Made by a program: the position numbers and the translations under genes. Shown here piece by piece: positions 20,578 through 31,158 of a stretch of DNA of 64,000 bases (position 1 is the stretch's first letter; the number at the start of each line of letters is the position of its first letter). Origin of the DNA: Nitrospinales bacterium (lineage in GTDB: Bacteria > Nitrospinota > Nitrospinia > Nitrospinales > VA-1); the NCBI GenBank assembly GCA_965223345.1, contig CBDCWG010000001.1, positions 32,001 through 96,000 of the forward strand, given 5' to 3'. The notes under the pieces were generated by a model. That model ran no database searches, had not been told where the DNA came from, and worked only from the letters and a program-made list of their open reading frames with translations.

Positions 20578-21662
20578 GATTTCATCGCACCCTTCGCGGC
20601 ACCCTTCGCGCCGAGTCCCAGCCGTTCGCCCCGGTACGCGCCCGACATCACCCGTTCCACCCATTTGCGGTTGTCCAGATACCAGGCCGCGGTTTTTTTG
20701 AGACCGCTGGCCAGCGTTTCCTTCGGGGTCCAGCCCAGATCCCGTTTGATTTTATTGGCGTCGATGGCGTAGCGCCGGTCGTGCCCCGGCCGGTCGGCGA
20801 CAAACGCGATCAACGATTTGTGCGGCGCGTGCCCGGAATCGCCCGCCAGTTCGTCGAGCAGGGTGCACAGGGTCTCCACCATTTCCAGATTGGTTTTTTG
20901 ATTGTCGCCGCCGATGTTATACACTTCACCCACCGTTCCCCGCTCCAGGACCCGGGAAAGGGCGCGGCAGTGGTCGTCCACGTAGAGCCAGTCGCGGATG
21001 TGCCTGCCGTCCCCGTACACCGTCAGCGGTTTCCCGTTGAGGGCGTTGTGGATCATCAGGGGAACGAGTTTTTCCGGAAACTGGTACGGGCCGTAGTTGT
21101 TGGAGCAGTTGGTCGTGAGCACCGGCAGGCCGTAGGTCTTGTGATACGAGCGCACCAGATGATCCGAAGCCGCTTTCGACGCCGCGTACGGGGAATTCGG
21201 GGCGTACGGCGTCGTCTCCGTGAACAGGCCGTCGCTGCCGAGCGAGCCGTACACCTCGTCGGTGGAGATGTGCAAAAAGCGGAACCGCTCGCCCGCCTCG
21301 CCGGTCAGGCCGTCGCGATAGGCGCGCGCCGCTTCCAGAAGCTCGAACGTGCCCACCACATTGGTCTGGATGAACTCGGAAGGGCCGTCGATCGAACGGT
21401 CCACGTGCGATTCCGCGGCGAAGTTGAGGATGGCCTCCGGTTTGTGCTGGCGCAGCAGGGCCAGCACCGCATCCCGGTCGCGGATGTCGCCTTCGTGGAA
21501 CAAGTGGCGCGGGTTTTGCGCGACCGATGCCAGCGATTCCAGATTGCCCGCGTAGGTGAGCTTGTCGAAATTGACCACACGGCATTCCGGGTCGGAAAGG
21601 GCATGCAGAACAAAATTGCACCCGATGAATCCCGCGCCGCCGGTGACAAAATAAGTTTTCAT
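20574..21662 (-). CDS. rfbB: dTDP-glucose 4,6-dehydratase
   Basis: [48 protein letters not shown]; start at MKTYF. Confidence 0.97.
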   Translation of the reverse strand: MKTYFVTGGAGFIGCNFVLHALSDPECRVVNFDKLTYAGNLESLASVAQNPRHLFHEGDIRDRDAVLALLRQHKPEAILNFAAESHVDRSIDGPSEFIQTNVVGTFELLEAARAYRDGLTGEAGERFRFLHISTDEVYGSLGSDGLFTETTPYAPNSPYAASKAASDHLVRSYHKTYGLPVLTTNCSNNYGPYQFPEKLVPLMIHNALNGKPLTVYGDGRHIRDWLYVDDHCRALSRVLERGTVGEVYNIGGDNQKTNLEMVETLCTLLDELAGDSGHAPHKSLIAFVADRPGHDRRYAIDANKIKRDLGWTPKETLASGLKKTAAWYLDNRKWVERVMSGAYRGERLGLGAKGAAKGAMKS

Positions 21663-21909
21663 GGTTTCGATTTCATGCAGCCGGAAAACCCATGGCCGCG
21701 CGGCCAACCCGTCGCCGCCTCCGCGAAAAGACAGTGCCTGCGGGAAGGATGGGATGTGGCTCCTAATGAATATCAACGTCCACCGGGCCGAGTATATGCG
21801 CTCGCCCTGTGCTTTGCAAGTCCGGGCGGGGGAGGGCCGATCCCATGACCGGGCGCATTAAAGGTGTGCCCGCCGCGGCGAACGGCCGCTGTCCGGCCTG
21901 CATGCGGTC

Positions 21910-22899
21910 ATGAAGTCGAGCGTGCCGGTGGCGGTGGTCATCGTGAACTGGAATTCCGCCGGCGATCTGGACCGGTGCCTGCGCGCGCTTGCGGCGCAGA
22001 CCGTGCGGCCGCACAAAATCCTCGTCGTGGACAATGCCAGCAGCGACGCGTCCCTCGCTGCGGTGGAGGCGCACTTCCCGCTTTGCGATCTCGTATGTCT
22101 GAACGAAAACACCGGCTTCGCCGCCGCCAACAATTTCGCCGTGCGCGTGTGCGCGGGCTGCGAATGGATCGCGTTTCTGAATCCCGATGCGTTCGCCGAA
22201 TCCAACTGGCTGCAATCTTTGTACGCCCGCGCTACGCGTGAAAAGGGGTTTTCCTTTTTCGGCAGCCACATGATCCGCTATGGAAGCGAAGCGGTGCTGG
22301 ACGGCACCGGCGATTCGTATCACGTCAGCGGCCTCGCCTGGCGGCGCGATCACGGCGCTCCCGTTTCCCGGACCTACCGCAGCACCGGAGAGGTGTTCGC
22401 GCCCTGCGCCGCCGCCGCGTTGATCCGGCGCGATCTCTTTCTCAGCGCCGGCGGTTTCGACGAAGACCACCATTCCTATTTTGAAGATGTGGATCTGGCT
22501 TTCCGTCTGCGGCTGCTCGGGCGCCGCAGCCTGTACGTGGCCGAGGCGCGGGTGCACCATGTCGGTTCCGGTTCCACCCACCGCTACAGCGCCTACGCGG
22601 TCTACCACGGCAACCGCAATCTGGTCTGGACGTATCTGAAGAACATGCCCACACCGTTGATCTGGGTGTACCTCCCCCAGCACCTGCTGGCCAACGCCGC
22701 GGCGCTCTTCTGGTACACGCTCAGGAAACAGGGCAAAGCGGTGTTTCGCGCCAAGTGGGACGCGCTTTGCGGGTGCCGGTCGATGTGGACAAAACGCAAG
22801 CGCATTCAGGCGCAGCGCCGGGTTCCCGTGCGCGCGATCCGGCAGGCGATGCGCAAGGGAGTGGCGCTGCCGTATTGCAGACGCAAACGCAGGTGTTGA
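21910..22899 (+). CDS. Glycosyltransferase family 2 (WbbL-like)
   Basis: VIVNWN, VDNASSD, NTGFAAANN, FLNPDA, YFEDVDL. Confidence 0.9.
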   Translation: MKSSVPVAVVIVNWNSAGDLDRCLRALAAQTVRPHKILVVDNASSDASLAAVEAHFPLCDLVCLNENTGFAAANNFAVRVCAGCEWIAFLNPDAFAESNWLQSLYARATREKGFSFFGSHMIRYGSEAVLDGTGDSYHVSGLAWRRDHGAPVSRTYRSTGEVFAPCAAAALIRRDLFLSAGGFDEDHHSYFEDVDLAFRLRLLGRRSLYVAEARVHHVGSGSTHRYSAYAVYHGNRNLVWTYLKNMPTPLIWVYLPQHLLANAAALFWYTLRKQGKAVFRAKWDALCGCRSMWTKRKRIQAQRRVPVRAIRQAMRKGVALPYCRRKRRC

Positions 22900-25008
22900 C
22901 TATTCGCCGTCCGGGTCCGGCGTTTTCTGTGCCAGCGCCGCAAGTTGCGCCTGCAGGCGCTTCCGCCTTTGCGGGTCGTGGGTCAAAGACAGCGCCGCCT
23001 GCAGATGTGAGCGGGCTTTATCGCGGTCCCTGTCCGACTGCGTGAGGAGGGTGGCCAGGTTGTAATGCGCGTCGGCGAGGTTCGGGTCGAGATCGAGCGC
23101 GCGGCCGAATTCCGCCTGCGCCTCTTTCATCTTTCCTTTTTCGATCATCAGGATTCCCAGGTTGTTGAGCGCTCGGCTGCGTTTTCCCGGCGGGCCCGAT
23201 ACTTTGCGGTAGGTTTCGATCGCCCGTTCCTTGCGCCCGGTGGCGTTGAAGATGTGCCCCAGCAGCAGCAGGCCGTCGGCGGATTGCGGGACTTTTTGCA
23301 GAAACCCGGTGAGCAAAGATTCCGCTTCCTCGAGCAGTCCCAGTTTCACATCCACCTTGGCGCGGTTGAGCGCCAGCTCCGGCGGCTGTGCGTAGCCCCA
23401 GCGATACAGGGTGTAGCGTTCCTCGGCCATCGCATAGTGGGCGCGCGCTTCTTCATAACGCCCGGTGGAGGCGTACAGGGAAGCGAGGTTGAAATGCCCG
23501 GTCGGGATCGTCGGGTCGCTGGCGATGGCCGCCTTGAACTCATGTTCCGCCTGCCGGGCGTTGCCGAAGTGGGTGTGCAGGCTGCCCAGATTGTTGTGCG
23601 CGAATGAGAGATAAAACGGCGACGCTTTCGAGGCCGCCAGTTGGGTGAGCGTGACGAGGGCCCGGTCGTAGTTTTTATCGCGCAGGTAAAAATGGCTGAG
23701 GTTGTGCAGCGCCCGCAGCTTGCCGGGAGATTTTTTCAGCGCGTCTTCCCAGAGCCGCACGTTGGAGGTGTACAGGCCGTTTCGGTGAATGAGCAGCGCC
23801 GCAAAGGAAACCAGCAGCACCGCAGCGCAGGCGATTCCCCACCCCCGCATCCGCGAGTGCGCCGCATCCCGCCCGCCGAACAACCCGTGGACCCAGGCGG
23901 CGAGCAACAGGCTCACGCCCACCGAAGGCAGGTAGAGATTGCGTTCGCTCAGAAGATCCGGCCGCGGTAACAAACTGTTGGTGGGGGCGAGGCCGATCAG
24001 AAACCACAGCAGCGCAAAGATCACCAGAAGGTGGGCGTTCGCCCGTTCCCGGAGCCCGGCATGGATGCCAAAGAGCAGCAGGACCACGCCGATCCACAGC
24101 ACGATCCCATAGGAGAAAAATCCAGAGGTGAAATCGTAATCGAACGTCAGGTTGACCGGCCAGAAGAACAGTTTGATCGCGTACGCTACCACGGCGGTCT
24201 GCATCCCGGCGTAGGACACATCGATGCGCGGCAGCCACTGGCCGAGCTGCGCCCGCAGATCCGGTGACAGAAACAGCAGAGCGAGGCCCGCACACAAAAC
24301 CGGCAGGTAGAAACCATACAGCCGCTGCCGGAAAGGCTTGAAGGCGGCGCCGCGCATGAACAGCGCATCGTACACAAACAGCAGGAGAGGCAGGACGGCG
24401 CTGGTTTCCTTGCTCAGCAGCGCACCAAAAAAACCGAGCAGCGAACCCGCATACAGCGTGACGCCACGCCACCCACTGCCGGATGATTTCAGGCTGGCTG
24501 CGATGAACGCGAGCAGGGAAAGCAGGCAGAACAAACCGGAGAGGCCGCTGGCGCGTCCCGAAACGTAAGTGACCGCTTCCGAATGGACCGGGTTCAGGGC
24601 GAAAATCAGCGCCGTGAGCGCGGCGATGGAAAAGGCTGTGCGCCTGCCCCAGCCCAGGCCCCGGTCGAGGGTGAGAAACGCGATCATGAGCAACGCCAGC
24701 GAACTGCAAGCGTGCAGCAGGACATTGAACACGTGGTAACCGAACGGGTCCAGGCCTCCCAGTGCGTGATTCCACGCCAGCGTCAGATAAAACAGGTGGC
24801 GGTAACGCAGCGGGTGCCAGTCGTAGAAGCGCTCGCCCTCAAGTCCGATATCGTGACGGATCGTGGCCTCATCGTCGTAGTTGAAAGGCGCCTCCAGGCT
24901 GTTGCCGTAGGTCAGCGCCACGGCCGCAAGCAGCAGCACGCAGGTCCCAAGCACCTGCAGGCGTGACGGTGGATTTTCAGGCGGCGGGGTCACGGCGTTT
25001 TTTTTCAT
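22900..25008 (-). CDS. TMTC-like GT-C membrane protein with C-terminal TPR repeats
   Basis: FNYDD after TM1, GYHVFNVLLH, FALNPVHSEAVTYVSGR, LLSKET, SERNLYLPS; about 11 TMs followed by TPRs (AHNNLG, ALNNLG, AHYNLA). Confidence 0.85.
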   Translation of the reverse strand: MKKNAVTPPPENPPSRLQVLGTCVLLLAAVALTYGNSLEAPFNYDDEATIRHDIGLEGERFYDWHPLRYRHLFYLTLAWNHALGGLDPFGYHVFNVLLHACSSLALLMIAFLTLDRGLGWGRRTAFSIAALTALIFALNPVHSEAVTYVSGRASGLSGLFCLLSLLAFIAASLKSSGSGWRGVTLYAGSLLGFFGALLSKETSAVLPLLLFVYDALFMRGAAFKPFRQRLYGFYLPVLCAGLALLFLSPDLRAQLGQWLPRIDVSYAGMQTAVVAYAIKLFFWPVNLTFDYDFTSGFFSYGIVLWIGVVLLLFGIHAGLRERANAHLLVIFALLWFLIGLAPTNSLLPRPDLLSERNLYLPSVGVSLLLAAWVHGLFGGRDAAHSRMRGWGIACAAVLLVSFAALLIHRNGLYTSNVRLWEDALKKSPGKLRALHNLSHFYLRDKNYDRALVTLTQLAASKASPFYLSFAHNNLGSLHTHFGNARQAEHEFKAAIASDPTIPTGHFNLASLYASTGRYEEARAHYAMAEERYTLYRWGYAQPPELALNRAKVDVKLGLLEEAESLLTGFLQKVPQSADGLLLLGHIFNATGRKERAIETYRKVSGPPGKRSRALNNLGILMIEKGKMKEAQAEFGRALDLDPNLADAHYNLATLLTQSDRDRDKARSHLQAALSLTHDPQRRKRLQAQLAALAQKTPDPDGE

Positions 25009-26059
25009 GATGTCGCAGCAGGCCGATGAGGCCGGCGATGTTCAGCAGGATGAAAACGAAATAAAACGGAATGAAATGCGGGATGAGGTTGATTCTGTAA
25101 ACCGGCACCATCGCCGACAGGTCGAAATAAAACCCGATCGCAAACAGCAGGCAGATGGTTTTTGCGGGAGACAGTCCCAGCTTGCCCAGCCGGTGGTGCA
25201 GGTGCTCGGCGTCGCGCGAGAACGGGCTGACGCCTTTCACGATGCGGCGCGTCACCGCGAAAACCGTATCCAGGATCGGAATGAGCAGGGTGATCACGGG
25301 AATCAGGTAATAGATCTCATCGGTGTGCCCCTGGTTGAGAGGCAGCAGCGTCACCAGCGAAACCAGCAGGCCGAGCGGCAGGCTGCCCGTGTCGCCGAGG
25401 ATGATCTTCGCCGGCGGAAAATTGAACAGGAAAAAGCCCAGAACGCTTCCCGCCAGCACCACCGCGAGGAACGACGCCTCCGGAATGTTGCGCTCCAGGT
25501 ACACGAAGACCAGGGTCAGGCAGGAGAAAAACACCACACCGCTCGCCAGCCCGTCCATGCCGTCGATCAGGTTCAGGGAATTGGTGATGCCGACGATCCA
25601 GAGGATCGTCAGAACGATGGAAAACCGCCCGAGCTCGATCCAGTCGCCGATGCGTTCGATCTGAAAGCCGGCGAAATAGAGAATCGCGGCGATCACCACC
25701 TGCACCGCCAGTTTGCTGCGCGGGCTGCAATGATACACATCGTCGTAAATCCCCAGGGCGAACATCAACCCCGACCCCAGGGTCAAAACCGCCAGCAGGC
25801 TTTTGTGGTCTTCCGCCAGCAGGCCGGCGAAATAGAAACCCCAGAGCGTGAGCAGAAAGGAAACCAGCACCGGAACGCCGCCGAACGGGCTGACATTTTT
25901 GCCTGCGGAAATCGGCAGCCGGTTGAGAAAGCGGGTGAGTGCGTTGGAGCGGCTGACCGCGTGCACCAGGATAAACGTGAAGGCGAACGAGAGCAGAAAC
26001 GACAGCGTGTATCCCGCGAGAAACGTCGTGCCGGGGATCGCGTGGCTGGAAAACTTCAT
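24977..26059 (-). CDS. Undecaprenyl-phosphate sugar-1-phosphate transferase (WecA/TagO, MraY family)
   Basis: GIYDD, NSLNLIDGMDGLA, FNFPPAKIILGDTGS, HLHHRL; start 26059 overlaps the upstream stop (ATGA). Confidence 0.93.
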   Translation of the reverse strand: MKFSSHAIPGTTFLAGYTLSFLLSFAFTFILVHAVSRSNALTRFLNRLPISAGKNVSPFGGVPVLVSFLLTLWGFYFAGLLAEDHKSLLAVLTLGSGLMFALGIYDDVYHCSPRSKLAVQVVIAAILYFAGFQIERIGDWIELGRFSIVLTILWIVGITNSLNLIDGMDGLASGVVFFSCLTLVFVYLERNIPEASFLAVVLAGSVLGFFLFNFPPAKIILGDTGSLPLGLLVSLVTLLPLNQGHTDEIYYLIPVITLLIPILDTVFAVTRRIVKGVSPFSRDAEHLHHRLGKLGLSPAKTICLLFAIGFYFDLSAMVPVYRINLIPHFIPFYFVFILLNIAGLIGLLRHHEKKRRDPAA

Positions 26060-26910
26060 CGAAACAGGTTGAGAAACAGTTGTGAAAGGCAGCGCGCGTC
26101 GATGAGCGATTCGACCACGCTCCGCGTCATCCGTCCCTCCGCCGCGTGGTGCTTTTTGAAATAATGCTTCATGCCGCGGTGGCGCTCGATGATGATGCGC
26201 GGCGCGACGCGCCGGTGGCTGGACCCGATGGCGTGATACACCTGCGCTTGCGGAAAATACACCACCGCATGGCCGCTGTTTTTCACGGCGCGGCACAGAT
26301 CGACGTCTTCGTTGAAAAGAAAATACGATTCGTCGAAACCGCCGATGCGTTCGAACACCTCGCGCCGCAGCATCATGCAGCAGCCCGACACCCAGTCCAC
26401 CTCGCGGATCGTGTTGTGGTCGAAATCGGTCATCAGGTAACGGCGCGTGAAGCGGTTTGTGGGAAACAGGCGCGACAACAGCGAGTAGCGGTTGAACAGG
26501 CCCGTCCACAGGGTCGGAAAGCGCCGGCAGGAATACTGCAGGCTGCCGTCGCGGTTCAACACCTTGGGGGCCAGCAAACCGATCCCGGGGTTGGCGTCGA
26601 GATGCGTCTTGAGCTTCGCCACCGCGTTTTCGGTCAATTCCGTATCCGGGTTGAGGAACACCAGGGTCTCGCCCCGGGCGATGGCCGCCGCCTGATTGTT
26701 GGCCCGGCCGAATCCCAGGTTTTCAGCATTGCTCAGCACCCGGATCTTCGGGTAATCCCGCTTGAGTTCCGACATCCCAGGATCTTCACCGCTGTTGTCC
26801 ACGACGATGATTTCGAAATTGTGCTCCGGCAGCGTTTTGGTGATCGAGTCCAGGCAAGCCCTGAGCACGTCGCCGCTCATGTGGTTGACCGTGATAAACG
26901 AAAGCTCCAT
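26056..26910 (-). CDS. Glycosyltransferase family 2, WbbL-like rhamnosyltransferase
   Basis: VVDNS, NLGFGRANN, FLNPDT, VDWVSGCCM, FDESYFLFNEDVDLC; start MELSF. Confidence 0.9.
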   Translation of the reverse strand: MELSFITVNHMSGDVLRACLDSITKTLPEHNFEIIVVDNSGEDPGMSELKRDYPKIRVLSNAENLGFGRANNQAAAIARGETLVFLNPDTELTENAVAKLKTHLDANPGIGLLAPKVLNRDGSLQYSCRRFPTLWTGLFNRYSLLSRLFPTNRFTRRYLMTDFDHNTIREVDWVSGCCMMLRREVFERIGGFDESYFLFNEDVDLCRAVKNSGHAVVYFPQAQVYHAIGSSHRRVAPRIIIERHRGMKHYFKKHHAAEGRMTRSVVESLIDARCLSQLFLNLFR

Positions 26911-27425
26911 GGGAGAAACGGATTCCGGTTTGACGGTGCGCCGGGAAAAAGACGGTGGCGGGTCGTGCAAGGCCGCGGGATGAGGCTCATCCCGGTGGTC
27001 TGGATCGCCTTTTTTCAGCAAGAAGCATACTGCACCCGCAGGCTTTTTTCCAGAATTATCCCGGTGCGGATACGGCGCGCGGTTGCGGTTACGGACGCTC
27101 AAACAGGAAGAGGTGCGCGCCGCAGGCCGAGGCGCGTGAACATCTGAAAGATCAAGGACCTGCCTCGTCTGCACCGGCAACCGGGCGAAAGCAAACCGCT
27201 GTTATTGCAGTGCTTTTTTGTGACCTGCGCCACAGGCGGGATTTTTTCTATGCCTGTCCGGGAACATCTGTGATAACTTTCATTGAAGCCGACCTCTCAA
27301 AAGACGTGCGCGAATGTCTTTCAAAGAGGCGCCTTCCGGGTTTTCGTGGCGCGAGACCCTCATCGATCGTGACGATTTCAGTTTCAACCATCCAATAAAA
27401 ATTCTAACGGAGTCGGGGCGCAATT

Positions 27426-28547
27426 ATGGGCAAAAAGGTATTGGTCACAGGCGGAGCCGGGTTCATCGGTTCCCACACCGTCGATGCACTCATCGAGCGC
27501 GGCGACACAGTGCGGGTTTACGACAACCTGACCGAGCAGGTGCACGGTAAAAATGCGGATCGGCCGCAGTACCTGCACGCGGACGCCGAATTCATCCGCG
27601 GCGATGTCCGCGATCGCGATGCGTTGAAAAAAGCCATGCAGGGCATGGACGTCATCATCCACGACGCCGCGGAAGTCGGCGTCGGGCAGTCCATGTATTC
27701 CATCGACCAGTACATCTCCGCGAACGTGCAGGGTACCGGCATCCTCTGGGACATTCTGGTCAACGACCGCACTTCCATTCAGAAAGTGCTGGTGGCCAGC
27801 TCCATGAGCCTGTACGGCGAGGGCAAATACCGCTGCAACGAGCACGGGGAATTTTCCCCGAAATCGCGTCCCGAAGCGCAGATGAAAGACGGGATCTGGG
27901 AAATGCTGTGCCCGCAATGCCAGGCGCCCGCCGAACCCGTTCCGACCGACGAAGAGAAGGAACTCGACACCACCTCGGTGTACGCGCAGAGCAAAAAGGA
28001 TCAGGAAGTGTATTCCCTGATGATCGGCAAGGCCTACAAGATCCCCACCGTGGCGGGACGCTATTTCAACTGCTACGGCCCGCGCCAGTCGCTCAACAAC
28101 CCGTACACCGGCGCGGCGGCCATCTTCTGCTCCTGCGTGCTCAACGACAAGGCCCCGATGATCTACGAAGACGGACTGCAGCAGCGCGACATGATCAACG
28201 TCAAGGATCTGGTGCGCGCGAAACTGATCCTGCTCGACTCCGCCGAAGCGGACTACGGCATTTTCAATATCGGCACCGGCAAACCCTCATCCATTCTGGA
28301 AATCGCCGAGACCCTCATCAGGTTGCGCAACAAATCCTTCACGCCCAACGTGATCCGCAAGTTCAGAAACGGCGACATCCGGCACTGCTACGCGGACATC
28401 TCGAAAATCCAGCGGCTGGGATTCGAGCCCCGCATCGATCTGAGCCAGGGGCTGGAAGAGTTGATCGCCTGGGGCGACGATCAGGAAACCGTTTCCCGGG
28501 TCGAGGACGCGCACCAGCAGCTGGTGGAACGCGGGCTCGTGAGCTGA
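27426..28547 (+). CDS. NAD-dependent epimerase/dehydratase with a Cys/His-containing insertion
   Basis: [35 protein letters not shown]; insert with CxxH and CxxC. Confidence 0.88.
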   Translation: MGKKVLVTGGAGFIGSHTVDALIERGDTVRVYDNLTEQVHGKNADRPQYLHADAEFIRGDVRDRDALKKAMQGMDVIIHDAAEVGVGQSMYSIDQYISANVQGTGILWDILVNDRTSIQKVLVASSMSLYGEGKYRCNEHGEFSPKSRPEAQMKDGIWEMLCPQCQAPAEPVPTDEEKELDTTSVYAQSKKDQEVYSLMIGKAYKIPTVAGRYFNCYGPRQSLNNPYTGAAAIFCSCVLNDKAPMIYEDGLQQRDMINVKDLVRAKLILLDSAEADYGIFNIGTGKPSSILEIAETLIRLRNKSFTPNVIRKFRNGDIRHCYADISKIQRLGFEPRIDLSQGLEELIAWGDDQETVSRVEDAHQQLVERGLVS

Positions 28548-28720
28548 CCGCGCCGCCACTCTGCGGCCGGCGGAGCGCACACCCGGTTGCGGTCCGGTTT
28601 AATTCTGAATTTTTTTCGCAAGCAGCGTTCAAGTCGTTCACCCCGCCTCGATGGTTGGCCGGGTTTTTTTGACAGGCTGTCATCCATCCGGGCGGATTCC
28701 TCGCGTATTTCCTCAACTTC

Positions 28721-30964
28721 ATGGAACCCATGCCCCCAAAAAATCGGCTCGTTTTCGGCGGCGTCTTTTTCGTCTTTTTCCTTTTGCTCACGCCTTTGGG
28801 CGTGTTCAACCCCTGGATTCCCCCGCACACCCAGACCGGCTACTATTCGGTCACGCAGATCGACGGCGGCGACGATTCCGGCTACTACGCCTACCTGCGC
28901 TCGGCGTTTTTCGACGGCGATCTGGATTTCATCAACGAGATTCCCTACGTGCACGCGGAGCGCCTCACGCCCACGGGCTACACCTTCAACAACTGGCAGA
29001 TTGGCCAGGCGCTGCTGTTCCTGCCGTTTTTTCTGATCGGTCACGCGCTGGCGCTGCTCTACGGGGCGCTGGGCTACCCCGTCGCGGCGGACGGATATTC
29101 CGCGCCTTATTATCTGTCCACCGCCATCGCATCCGCCACCTGGGGATTCGCCGGCCTGCTGCTGGTGCAGCGCATGCTCAGGACCTGGGCCGGTCCGCGC
29201 GCGGCCGACATCGCGACGCTGGCCCTGTGGATCGGCTCGCCGCTTTTGTATTTCACCTTCATCCGCCAGCGCATGGCGCACACGGTGGAATTCTTCGCCG
29301 CCGCCGCGTTCCTGTTCGCCTGGCTTCAACTCCGCAAATCCGAAAACCGCTGGCATCCGGTTATGCTGGGCGGGTTGCTGGGATTTCTGTGCAGCGTGCG
29401 CATCCTCAACGTGGTGTTTTTCGCACTGGTTGCGGCGGACCTGTTTTTCAACGTTGTGAAGGATGAGCGCGAATTTCTGTCCGAGCGCCTGCGCAAGGCC
29501 GCGACGCACTTCGCGCTGTTCTCAGGCGGGTTTTTGCTTCTGCTGCTGCCCCAGCTCGTCTGCTGGTATCAATTGAACGGGATGCCGCTGCCGCCCCGGC
29601 ACCTGCATTTTGCCGGAGAGGGGCTGGCCGGATTTTCGTTCGCGGCGTTTTTTGCAAATTTCGCCGCGCTGTTCTGGGGCGCCCGCTGGGGGCTGCTGTT
29701 TTCCATGCCGCTGGCGCTCATCGGTCTTCTGGGTCTGTTTCTCGGCAAAAAGGATTTGGACGGCGCCCGGCCCGCACTGCTCGTCTATCTGGGCAGCCTC
29801 ATTACGGTCATCCTGTTGTACCCGGAGGATTCCGCTTCCTACGGCCAGCGTCACCTGATCTCGGCGCTGCCGGTCTTCGCGCTCGGCCTGGCGTTGTTCA
29901 TCGAGCGTTTTTCCGCACCGCAGGTCGTCTGGCGCAGCGTGCTGGCCGGTGTGGTGCTGCTCGCGGGTCTGCAGTATTTCATGATCGCGCAATACAAGGT
30001 GACCCTGCCGTACAACCATCCCGAATTTTCATTGACCGCGCTCGGCAATATCCCGCAGCTATTGTGGGAGCGGTCGGATCTTTTGCTGCGCTCGACCAAT
30101 TTCGTGCGCCTGCTGTTTCTGCCCAACCCCGAGGGCGCGGACTACCGCGACGTCCTCTTCATGGGCGTCTTCCCCTTGCTGCAGTTCGCGTTTCTGTTCC
30201 TCGCCGGTTGGGTGTTCGTGCGTGCGGACCCGCGGAAAGCCCCGCTGGAAAATCCGAAGATCCGCATGGCGCTGGCCGGTTCGTGTTCTCTCCTGCTGGT
30301 CGGCGTCATTCTCTGGACCGCCCCCGTGAAAAGCGAGCGCGACATCGAGATCCGCAAAACCTATCTCGACCGCATCAGGCAGGGCGATTCCTTGCTCAAG
30401 CAGGGCCAGGTCATGCACGCCCGCACGGCCTACAAGGAGGCCTCCCGGTTGATGCCCGATCACTGGAAGCCGTATTTCAAGATCGCCGTGACCTACAACA
30501 TGCAGGGAAAACTCCACATGGCGAACACGTTTTACGAACAGGGGCTCAGACTGAATCCCGGCCATTCGATCGCCCTCACCAATTTCGGCAGCAATCTGTA
30601 TTTCCGCCACAAGCTCGAAGAGGCGGAAGCGAAGCTTCTGGCCGCGCTGCGTGCCTGGCCGCACAACAAAAACGCTTACAACGTGCTGGCGCAGGTGTAC
30701 GTACGGCAGAACCGCCTGGAAGAGGCGGCGAAGCTGCTCGATGCGGTGCTCAAATTCGACCCCGCCTTTGGAGCAGGACACGCGAACCTCGCGGTGGTGT
30801 ATACTATGCTCAATCAGCACGACAAGGGAAAAGCCCACCTCGAAAAGGCCCGCCAGCAGGGCGTGCAGGGGGAGGGCGTCCAGCAGCTGATCGATTTTTA
30901 CAACAAAGCGGGTTCCACAACCGCAGAGAGCGCGCAGGCGCAACCCGAGACGGCAAGCCCATGA
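28721..30964 (+). CDS. Polytopic membrane protein, probable GT-C fold, with C-terminal TPR repeats
   Basis: GGDDSGYYAYLRSAFFDGDLDF in the first loop, more than 10 TMs, SYGQRHL, then several TPR-like repeats. Confidence 0.7.
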   Translation: MEPMPPKNRLVFGGVFFVFFLLLTPLGVFNPWIPPHTQTGYYSVTQIDGGDDSGYYAYLRSAFFDGDLDFINEIPYVHAERLTPTGYTFNNWQIGQALLFLPFFLIGHALALLYGALGYPVAADGYSAPYYLSTAIASATWGFAGLLLVQRMLRTWAGPRAADIATLALWIGSPLLYFTFIRQRMAHTVEFFAAAAFLFAWLQLRKSENRWHPVMLGGLLGFLCSVRILNVVFFALVAADLFFNVVKDEREFLSERLRKAATHFALFSGGFLLLLLPQLVCWYQLNGMPLPPRHLHFAGEGLAGFSFAAFFANFAALFWGARWGLLFSMPLALIGLLGLFLGKKDLDGARPALLVYLGSLITVILLYPEDSASYGQRHLISALPVFALGLALFIERFSAPQVVWRSVLAGVVLLAGLQYFMIAQYKVTLPYNHPEFSLTALGNIPQLLWERSDLLLRSTNFVRLLFLPNPEGADYRDVLFMGVFPLLQFAFLFLAGWVFVRADPRKAPLENPKIRMALAGSCSLLLVGVILWTAPVKSERDIEIRKTYLDRIRQGDSLLKQGQVMHARTAYKEASRLMPDHWKPYFKIAVTYNMQGKLHMANTFYEQGLRLNPGHSIALTNFGSNLYFRHKLEEAEAKLLAALRAWPHNKNAYNVLAQVYVRQNRLEEAAKLLDAVLKFDPAFGAGHANLAVVYTMLNQHDKGKAHLEKARQQGVQGEGVQQLIDFYNKAGSTTAESAQAQPETASP

Positions 30965-31158
30965 TAGACGAGATCGATTACTTCCAGAAAAGAGACAAGT
31001 TTAAGAAAAAGAAAGGCCTGGGGCTGGATGAGGACTGGGACGCCCTGAAGAAAAAACGCAGCGCCCCGGACTCGAAATCGCCCCCGGCCGACAAACCGGA
31101 CAAAAAAAGCCCCCCTTCCTCGCCGCCCGCCGCCCGCAAAAAGCCTTCCAAGTCCTAA
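30961..31158 (+). CDS. Small Lys/Pro-rich hypothetical protein (65 aa)
   Basis: ATGA overlap with the upstream stop; MIDEIDYFQKRDKFKKKKGLGLDEDWDALKKK... Confidence 0.55.
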   Translation: MIDEIDYFQKRDKFKKKKGLGLDEDWDALKKKRSAPDSKSPPADKPDKKSPPSSPPAARKKPSKS

